From contig NC_043011.1 of the NCBI RefSeq assembly GCF_006345805.1, forward strand, positions 57,238,464 through 57,302,463: 64,000 nt of DNA, given 5' to 3'. This document shows, piece by piece, positions 54,575 through 64,000 of the stretch. The translations under genes and the position numbers were made by a program. Source of the stretch: Octopus sinensis. Taxonomy: Eukaryota. The notes beneath the pieces are model-generated. The model ran no database searches and was not told the DNA's origin. It saw nothing but the letters and a program-made list of their open reading frames with translations. The number at the start of each line of letters is the position of its first letter. Position 1 is the stretch's first letter.

Positions 54575-55796
54575 ATATATATATATTTGAGTATTTATAT
54601 ATATAACATACGTACACATATACATATATTTATGATATATGTATACATATATATACACATATGATGTATGTATGTATGTATGTATGTATGTATCCATTTG
54701 TCTGTTGCCAAATATGGAAGTTGATCGTTAATGCTCTGTAGAAAGTCGAAAGAGAAGAGTAAAAAGAATTAAATACAAGCTCGAGAAAGCGTTTCCTTTT
54801 TAAGGGTCATTCTGTTGTGGTCAATGGCTGTTAATTAACTTTTGTTAGTAAAAATGACAAGCTTTCTCTTTTCATGTAAGTAAAAGTCTCCAAGGTGGGG
54901 GGATGAGGGGGGGAGAAACGTACCTCCTCCACAGCTCCTTCCTTCTCCTCCTCCTCCGCCTCCCCCCATTGAAAGATGATGGTTGGGAGGAAGGTGAGGG
55001 AATGTTAGAATTTCTCGTGGTGCGTGTGTAATTTCATCATCATCATCATCATCATCATCATCCCCATCATCGTCGTCATGGTGACGATGATCGTCATCAT
55101 CATCGTCATCAGCGCCGTCATTACTGTAGTTCTCATCATAATCATCATAATCATCATCGTGATCATCCTGAAGGCGGCGAGTTGGAAGAATCGTTAACCC
55201 GCAGGACCAAATGCTTAACGGCATTTCGTCCGTCTTTATGTTCTGAGTTCAAAGTCCGCCGAGCTCGACTGTCTTTCATCCTTTCGGAGTCAACAAAATA
55301 AGTACCAGCTCTATGTAATCGACTTGCTCGTCCCATAAAAATTGCTGGCCTTGGGCTAAAATTAGAAAAAACTCTAATGCTATTTACTAAAATCGTGTGT
55401 GTGTTTCTGTGCCACTATATATATATATATATAATACCATTGACTCTGTTATTATCTAGTGTAACAATTTAAAAATGATAATAATAGAATCAATAATGTA
55501 GGCGATTGCAGGCCGCCCCCAAAGCATTAACGAGCTGAAGGTTTAAAATTAATCAAAAGACATACTAAATATGCCTAACCACTGGAAATAATAGTCAAAA
55601 CTCTTATTTAAATCGCCAAAATACATTGATAATAACTACATAAATCAAGTGTCTGAAGGCAAACGGGCTACGACAATCTCTCGGCATATATTGAAGTATT
55701 TGGACTCACGTGGACCGGTTTCTGCACTGGCAAAAAGCCTCACCTCCCTCAGCACGTATTACTATGATAGAGACTCCCAACCCGTCGTGTTATATA

Positions 55797-55854
<58 letters not shown>

Positions 55855-56293
55855 TATATTATATATATATATGTATAAGTAGGAAATAAAGGCAAACAAT
55901 GTGCCCAATGTTTGCTGGAAATAGCAGTCGATAACCGTACGACGCTATTGTAAACCTTCATTGAATGTATAGAGGCAAAGATGTGCTATTTCCTATTTAT
56001 AATTTAACCTTTACGGTGCTTATCCCTGGAAAATAATACTATAGTATTGTAATAATACTTATGATTTATACACACACACGCACACGCATATATATATATA
56101 TATATAACTACAAAATTAGAAAATGGAGAAACATACTTAAATCAATAAAACATCAACTATCAGATGATACCCAATCAATACTTTATTACACCATTACATA
56201 TCAGTAAAGGCATTATACAAAATATATAGTAAATATAAATAGACAAGGAAATAGAAATATAAAATATAAAAATATAATATGTAATTATTCATA

Positions 56294-56403
56294 TCTGACA
56301 GCTGTTTCGGCAGTAAGGGCAGTCATACCTCATTTAACCTATAAGCCATAAAGGCAGGTATAAATGAGGCATTAGCAAGGATGCCCCACGGCCTCTTCAG
56401 AGA
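56294..56403 (-). ncRNA. Type I hammerhead ribozyme with canonical core
   Basis: - strand reads TCT-CTGAAGA-GGC...(long stem II)...GCC-GAAA-CAGCTG-TC-AGA; G10.1-C11.1 pair and GUC triplet; predicted cut between 56297 and 56296. Confidence 0.8.
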
Positions 56404-56874
56404 ATTTAATTTGTTATAATTGTGAAAAAATTATTTTTCCATATACATATAAATATAAAAATATAAAAATGTAAAATATAAAAACTTGTGCATAAACTCC
56501 ATAATGCTACACATATATAATACTCATTGATACAATAATGCAAGGTAAACAAAACAAAATAAAACAAAATATATATCAGTGTATATATTAATATTAATAA
56601 GCACAGTTATTTTACATATTTGGCTAATATATATATATATATATTTATTGTAGGATAAAATTTTTTCGAAAAATACATTTTATCAATGGCCAGCATATTA
56701 AAAGATACCATTAAAATTTAAACTTATAAACAACTTATAAATAAAGGCAAACAAAAAATTTCTGATGCCAAATATGCCGAACTTAGACACATTGTCCATA
56801 ACCATTATAATTTTTTCACAATACGCACGCTTCTCAAAAAAGGTCGAGAAAAATTTCTAAAAATTTCCATTATT

Positions 56875-56930
56875 ACCATATCGGACCGATCTCAGAGTTA
56901 GTTCGTAAGAACCCTCCCTTCGTCAGTGAT
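56875..56930 (-). ncRNA. Degenerate hammerhead motif (A14G)
   Basis: ATCA-CTGACGA-A-GGGAG..GTTC(ttac)GAAC..CTCT-GAGA-TCGGTCCGA-TA-TGGT. Confidence 0.5.
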
Positions 56931-57548
56931 AAATGTGGCAAAGAAATAAATGAGATACTTACTCATACCCATGGAAGAAGCAAACACTAAGCCATGAGCA
57001 AATTAAGTTCCGCAAATACATCCAAAATAGAAATTCTCCAGCCCCTTTTGAGGCACGTGCGATTTGAACTGAGGCTCTTCACAGAGTGAAGGATCCGGAA
57101 GTGAACACTATTAAATTTATATTTAATATAGGATAAAACTTTTTCGAAAAAAATTTTTATTAATGGCCAGCATATTAAAAAATACCTTTAAAGGTTAAAC
57201 TTAAAAACAACTTATAAATAAGGGCCAACGAAAAAATTTCTAATGCCAAATATGCCGAACTTAGACACATATGTTGTTTATATATATATATATATATCAC
57301 TATATCATCGCATTGATCATACTATCTGATGTTGTTACACTTCGCTGGTCACAATGCGCTGCCTCACAATATTTTTAGCTTTTCGAATAATTACACCTGG
57401 ATGTAACGCTAGTTCATCGCAGGGTAAACTCATTTGCAGCTGAGTGAACTTGAGCAACATGAAATGAAGCGTTTTGCTCAAGAACACCGGCTTGGGAATA
57501 GAAAGCGCGACCATGCGATCGTAACTGCAACACTGTAACCACTTGGCC

Positions 57549-58040
57549 ACGCACGCACGCACTCACGCACGCACGCACTCACGCACGCACGCACTCACGC
57601 ACGCACGCACTCACGCACGCACGAACTCACGCACGCACGCACTCACGCACGCACGCACGCACGCACGCACGCACTCACGCACGCACGCACTCACGCACGC
57701 ACGCACTCACGCACGCACGCACTCACGCACGCACGCACTCACGCACGCACGCACTCACGCACGCACGCACTCACGCACGCACGCACTCACGCACGCACGC
57801 ACTCACGCACGCACGCACTCACGCACGCACGCACTCACGCACGCACGCACTCACGCACGCACGCACTCACGCACCGCACACACGCACGCACACACGCACG
57901 CACTCACGCACGCACGCATGCACGCACGCACTCACGTACGCACTCACGCACGCACGCACGCACACACTCACGCACGCACGCACGCACGCATGCACTCACG
58001 CACGCACGCACGCACTCACGCACACACGCACGCATGCACA
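57549..58040. repeat. (GCAC)n / GCACGCACTCAC GC-rich tandem repeat
   Basis: About 490 bp; the mirror position in the right arm has only about four GTGC units (61149-61165). Confidence 0.97.
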
Positions 58041-58469
58041 CTTTATAGCTGTGGTTTGTAGGTCTGTGAGTCAAAATGGAGGTAGAGCAGCAAACAGAAA
58101 CAACAAACAATTGTAGTCAGAAGTAGATTGGGCAGCAAACGAAAGTCCAGATGACAGCCACACTTCCCTACCGCAATACGCACCATGTACAATGTAAACT
58201 GTTCTGGTTTAACTGAGTCATCAAAGACGAAACCTCAGCACCCATGTTTTTCCAGATGCACCATAAAACTAGGGGACTCCTTCACAAACGAATCGTAGAC
58301 ACTCCGAACTTATTAAATGCAAGCTAAGGTCAGGCCTTCTTGTCACGTAATGAAAGATGAGTAATTCAGACGTTTCTTTATTTTTCAAGTTTTGCGTACG
58401 GTTGACCCATTTTATACTCTCCCACGAAAATTCCACAACAAACACTCTTGCTTAAGAAGAAACCAAGAC

Positions 58470-58740
58470 AAGTTTGTGATCTGATGGCGCAGAAATGAAA
58501 AACGGGTGCGAATCGTGGGCAGAAGATACTAACTGAGAAGAGACAGAATATCATAGCTTTTGAAATGAAATATTATAGAACATTCCTTCATATTCCATGA
58601 CTAAACATCAAAGTAAAGAGAAGGCTCTGAAGGAAATGGCTGAAATGACAGCAAACTAACATCAATCATTTATTATATAGAGGAAATTAACAGGTTTGGA
58701 CATGCAACACGTCGTCCAAATCCCTTCAAAGACAGAAGCT
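58470..58740 (+). mobile_element. Decayed RTE-like RT C-terminal fragment; mirror copy at about 60445-60720 (-)
   Basis: GCESWAE...NIIAFEMKYYRTFLHIP...RKLTGLDM-like remnants of the GCESW/AFEM/RKL.WFGH motifs. Confidence 0.55.
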
Positions 58741-59278
58741 CAACGTAGTCGCTAGAAAGCTTGAAGTGCAGCCAGCTCTCAAATCAAATTGCTATCTTTA
58801 AATCGTGGATGGATGTGTATAATAGTGTAGTCCAGTGTTGTTAACCAGGGCCCATATGACTCTTGGAGGTTCATATGACCCTTAGGGGTTCATTTAAGAT
58901 TTTGTTCATAAAATTTATGCGCAATAAATTGGTTATGCTTCAACAATGTACAAAATATTTTAACAGGGTTTTTAAATACATTTTCTAATATTTAATTCTG
59001 AATAATAAATAAGGTTTCTTTTAAACATCGAATGGCTATGAGGGTCCATCCGAGTAAAATAGGAATGAAAGGGGTCCATAGGCAAAAAGGAAAAAATGGT
59101 AGAGAGCCACTGGTGTAGTCTAAAATATTTCTAAAATGGCGAGATGGTCATGGCTGGATTGCTTTTGAATGTAGGTCAGTTGCATCGGGATTGACCTAGG
59201 GTTAAACAGCACCAGCGACCTCTTAATACGGACGAGGATAGATAATGACTAAGTATGGAAGGTGTTGGAAGAGGATCT

Positions 59279-59913
59279 TTACCTTTTAACCGACAGAATT
59301 TTTAAAATAATTTTTTGTAACTAAGCACTTCCAAACTTTGGTCACTGGTAGAATGTGTCATATAAAATATCTTTTACTCTTAGCATTTTTGAGAAAAACT
59401 TATATTTACGAAGTTATTTCACGTCAAAATTCTCGTATTTCGGTAATTTCAACCAATCAATGACGTGTATTGAGCTGAATAAAATTACTGCTGTTGTTTG
59501 TCAACAACAACTATCGGCGATGTATTTTTTGTTTGTCGCTGTTAATTATGACATCGTTCGTGCGTTTGTACTGGTTTTAAGGTTTTAGGGTTAGGGTTTT
59601 AGGCTTAAGGTGTTAGGGTTAAGGTTTTAGGATTAGGGTTGTCATAAATAACAGTGACAAACGAAATATACACCGCCGGAAGTTCTTGTTGACAAACAGC
59701 AGCAGTAATTTTATTCAGCTGAATACACGTCATTGATTGGTTGAAATTACCGAAATACGAGAATTTTGACGTGAAATAACTTCGTAAATATAAGTTTTTC
59801 TCAAAAATGCTAAGAGTAAAAGATATTTTATATGACACATTCTACCAGTGACCAAAGTTTGGAAGTGCTTAGTTACAAAAAATTATTTAAAAAAATCTGT
59901 CGGTTAAAAGGTA
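59279..59913. mobile_element. Palindromic MITE-like core with telomere-like spacer
   Basis: Arms ccttttaaccgacag...ttatgaca / tgtcataa...ctgtcggttaaaagg; spacer with degenerate TTAGGG/TTTTAGG repeats. Outer limits are inferred. Confidence 0.65.
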
Positions 59914-62020
59914 AAGATCCTCTTCCAACACCTTCCATACTTAGTCATTATCTATCCTCGTCCGTATTAAGAGGTCGCTGGTGCTGTTTAACCCTAGGTC
60001 AATCCCGATGCAACTGACCTACATTCAAAAGCAATCCAGCCATGACCATCTCGCCATTTTAGAAATATTTTAGACTACACCAGTGGCTCTCTACCATTTT
60101 TTCTTTTTTGCCTATGGACCCCTTTCATTCCTATTTTACTCGGATGGACCCTCATAGCCATTCGATGTTTAAAAGAAACCTTATTATATATTCAGAATTA
60201 AATATTAGAAAATGTATTTAAAAACCCTGTTAAAATATTTTGTACATTGTTGAAGCATAACCAATTTATTGCGCATAAATTTTATGAACAAAATCTTAAA
60301 TGAACCCCTAAGGGTCATATGAACCTCCAAGAGTCATATGGGCCCTGGTTAACAACCACTGGACTACACTATTATACACATCCATCCACGATTTAAAGAT
60401 AGCAACGTTTGATTTGAGAGCTGGCTGCACTTCAAGCATTTCTAGCGACTACGTTGAGCTTCTGTCTTTGAAGGGATTTGGACGACGTGTTGCATGTCCA
60501 AACCTGTTAATTTCCTCTATATAATAAATGATTGATGTTAGTTTGCTGTCATTTCAGCCATTTCCTTCAGAGCCTTCTCTTTACTTTGATGTTTAGTCTT
60601 GGAATATGAAGGAATGTTCTATAATATTTCATTTCAAAAGCTATGATATTCTGTTTCTTCTCAGTTAGTATCTTCTGCCCACGATTCGCACCCGTTTTTC
60701 ATTTCTGCGCCATCAGATCACAACTTGTCTTGGTTTCTTCTTAGGTAAGAGTGTTTCTTATGGAATTTTCGTGGGAGAGTATAAAAAGGTTCAACCGTAC
60801 CCAAAACTTGAAAAATAAAGAAACGTCTGAATCTTTCATCACGTGACAAGAATGCCTGACCTTAGCTTGCATTTAATAAGTTTAGAGTGTCTACTATTCG
60901 TTTGTGAAGGAGTCCCCTAGTTTTATGGTGCATCTGGAAAAACATGGGTGCTGAGGTTTCGTCTTTGATGACTCAGTTAAACCAGAACAGTTTACATTGT
61001 ACATGGTGTGTATTGCGGTAGGGAAGTGTGGCTGTCATCTGGACTCTCGTTTGCTGCCCAATCTACTTCTGACTACAATTGTTTGTTGTTTCTGTTTGCT
61101 GCTCTACCTCCATTTTGACTCACAGACCTACAAACCACAGCTATAAAGTGTGCGTGCGTGCGTGGCCAAGTGGTTAGAGTGTCGCAGTTACGATCGCGTG
61201 GTCGCGCTTTCTATTCCCAAGCCGGTGTTCTTGAGCAAAACGCTTCATTTCATGTTGCTCAAGTTCATTCAGCTGCACATGAGTTTACCTTGCGATGGAC
61301 TAGCGTTCCCTCCAGGTGCAATTATTCGAAAATCTAAAAATATTGTGAGGCAGCGCATTGTGACCAGCGGAGTGTAACAACACCAGATAGTATGATCAAT
61401 GCGGTGATATGGTGATATATATATATATGTGTGTGTGTGTGTTTGTAAATCATAAGTATTATTACCATACTATAGTATTATTTTCCAGTGATAAGCACCG
61501 TAAAGGTTAAATTATGAAAAGGAAATAGTAGCACGACATCTTTGCCTCTATACATTCAGTGAAGGTTTACAATAGCGTCGTACGGTTATCGACTGCTATT
61601 TCCAGCGAACATTGGGACATTGTTGTGCCTTTATTTCCTACTTATATATATATATAACGACAGGTTGGGAGTCTCTATCATAGTAATACGTGCTGAGGAA
61701 GGTGAGGCTATTTGCCAGTGCAGAAACCGGTCCACGTGAGTCCAAATACTTCAATATATGCCGAGAGATTGTCGTAGCCCGTTTGCCTTCAGACAGTTGA
61801 TTTATGTAGTTATTATCAATGTATTTTGGCGATTTAAATAAGAGTTTTGACTATTATTTCCAGTGGTTAGGCATATTTAGTATGTCTTTTGATTAATTTT
61901 AATCCTTCAGCTAGTTAATGCTTTGGGGGCGGCCTGCAATCGGCTACATTATTGATTCTATTATTATCATTTTTAAATTGTTACACTAGATAATAACAGA
62001 GTCAATGGTATTATATAAAT

Positions 62021-62112
<92 letters not shown>

Positions 62113-62139
62113 GTATATTATATATATATTTTTTATATT

Positions 62140-62342
62140 TTATTTGTTTCAGTCATTTAATTGCGCCCGAACGAGAGCACCACCTTTTAGTCGAACAAGT
62201 CGACCCCAAAACGTATTCTTTGTAAGTCTAGTACATAGTTTACCCCCTTTTTTGCCGAACCGCTAAGTCACAGGGACGTGAACACGCCAACATCGGTTGT
62301 CAAGTGATGGTGGGGGAACAAATACAGACACACAAATAAATA

Positions 62343-62381
<39 letters not shown>

Positions 62382-62570
62382 TCTATATATATATATATAG
62401 ATATATGCGACGGGCTTCTTCTTCTTTCAGTTTCCATCTACCAAATCCATTCAGAAGGATTTGGTCGGCCGGAGGTTATAGTAGAAGACACTTGCTGAAG
62501 GTGACGCGCAGTTGGACTGAACCTGGAACCATGTGGTTGAGAAGCAAGTTTCTTACCACACGACCACTCC
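62140..62570 (-). mobile_element. tRNA-derived SINE (second family) with internal (TA)n
   Basis: Same head and body as 16010-16365. Confidence 0.75.
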
Positions 62571-62709
62571 TGTATACTCGCGCGCGCGCACACACATAAA
62601 CACATGCATTTCTGTACACAATTATATATGTACGTATTTATACGTAGCTATAGATATATTTATGTTTAAATGACTACATGCGAAATTACAGACACAATCA
62701 TGTTTTAAC

Positions 62710-63205
62710 ATACATACATACATACACACATACATACATACATACATACATACATACATACATACATACATACACACACACTCACACACACACATATCCA
62801 CACACATAAACATATACAGACAAACACAATACTTGTATATCTACAGATATATACACATAAATATATGTGGACCTATATGCATACATTCTTACATGCTTGC
62901 TTATACATACATACATACATACATACATACATACATACATACATACATACACACACATACATACATACATACATACATACATACATACGTGCATACATAC
63001 ATACGTGCATACATACATACGTGCATACATACATACGTGCATACATACATACATACATACATACATACATACGTGCATACATACATACATACATACATAC
63101 ATACATACATACATACATACATACATACGTGCATACATACATATGTGCATACATACATATGTGCATACATACATACATACATACATACATATGTGCATAC
63201 ATACA

Positions 63206-63236
<31 letters not shown>

Positions 63237-63350
63237 GTGCATACATACATATGTGCATACATACATACATACATACATACATATGTGCATACATACATAC
63301 ATACGTGCATACATACATACATACGTGCATACATACATATGTGCATACAT
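62710..63350. repeat. (ATAC)n microsatellite with GTGC interruptions
   Basis: Direct reading. Confidence 0.97.
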
Positions 63351-63524
63351 ACTTGCCACTTCATCAGTAATGTCAAAATTTATAAAAAGCACACATAAAT
63401 CTAATGAGCTAATCAAATTTTTCTTTATTGTAGTTACTAGTTGGTTTACAAGCTGGAAATTCTCAGCAACACTCGCATGTTCAGTTATACGCTGTAAGGT
63501 ACTGATTTAATACACACACACACA

Positions 63525-63555
<31 letters not shown>

Positions 63556-63884
63556 TTATATACGTGTATATATATATATGTATTTATATAAAACATACAC
63601 ATATGCATACATATATGCTTATGTACGCATAGACATAAATACTTACATACACACATAAATATATATGTACATAATACATACATACATACATGGAGATATA
63701 TTTGTGCGATATATGAGCACACACGTACATATATGTATGTGTGTATATATCTATTTATATGAGCTTGTATATATATATATATACACACACATATACATTT
63801 GTATATATACATATGTTAATATATATGTATATATCTATGTATATTACATGTACATATATATGCATGTAAGCGCGTGTGTGTGTA

Positions 63885-63940
<56 letters not shown>

Positions 63941-64000
63941 GCAAGCATAGATACAGGCATATGTATGTACCTGTGGCTGGATATATATATATATATATAT

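Larger units (their letters stand above)
56106..57279 (-). mobile_element. 1.2-kb Penelope-pLTR/retrozyme-like insert with tandem hammerhead motifs
   Basis: Present only in the left palindrome arm, within (TA)n. Internal direct repeat of about 150 bp (56641-56792 / 57119-57270). Hammerhead motifs on the - strand. Confidence 0.7.
55428..62016. repeat. Giant inverted repeat: left arm 55428-59553, spacer 59554-59639, right arm 59640-62016
   Basis: Reverse-complement matches followed along the whole length, e.g. ataccattgactctgttattatctag / ctagataataacagagtcaatggtat and ctaggggactccttcacaaacgaat / attcgtttgtgaaggagtcccctag. Confidence 0.96.

Noticed and set aside
59554-59639. True telomere or chromosome-fusion site
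   Set aside because: Only about four exact TTAGGG units, degenerate, in one orientation and inside a TIR element; no head-to-head TTAGGG/CCCTAA junction.

Overview
AT-rich, microsatellite- and SINE-dense animal genomic DNA. The repeat repertoire looks like a coleoid cephalopod, probably Octopus (inference from the repeats, not a database hit). The only gene I can identify is ACTR10 (Arp11 subunit of dynactin): ten + strand coding exons from 1849 to 13155 splice into one open frame (about 315 codons); the 5' exons are not recognisable in this window. One of its introns (3286-4437) is U12-type. The remainder is intergenic or intronic: tRNA-derived SINEs, MITEs, fragments of CR1-like, RTE, R4/Dong-like and mariner elements, a three-unit 1.5-2 kb tandem array, a 1.67 kb tandem duplication, and a probably artefactual 2.8 kb duplication flanking a 100-N gap. 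Three things stand out. (1) Several type I hammerhead-ribozyme motifs of the Penelope/retrozyme kind, one with a fully canonical core in a multi-hammerhead 1.2 kb insert and two arranged as outward-facing palindromes. (2) A 6.6 kb fold-back palindrome (55428-62016) centred on a telomere-like spacer. (3) An 0.8 kb microsatellite bracketed by a 17-bp direct repeat. Nearly all supplied six-frame ORFs are microsatellite read-through.
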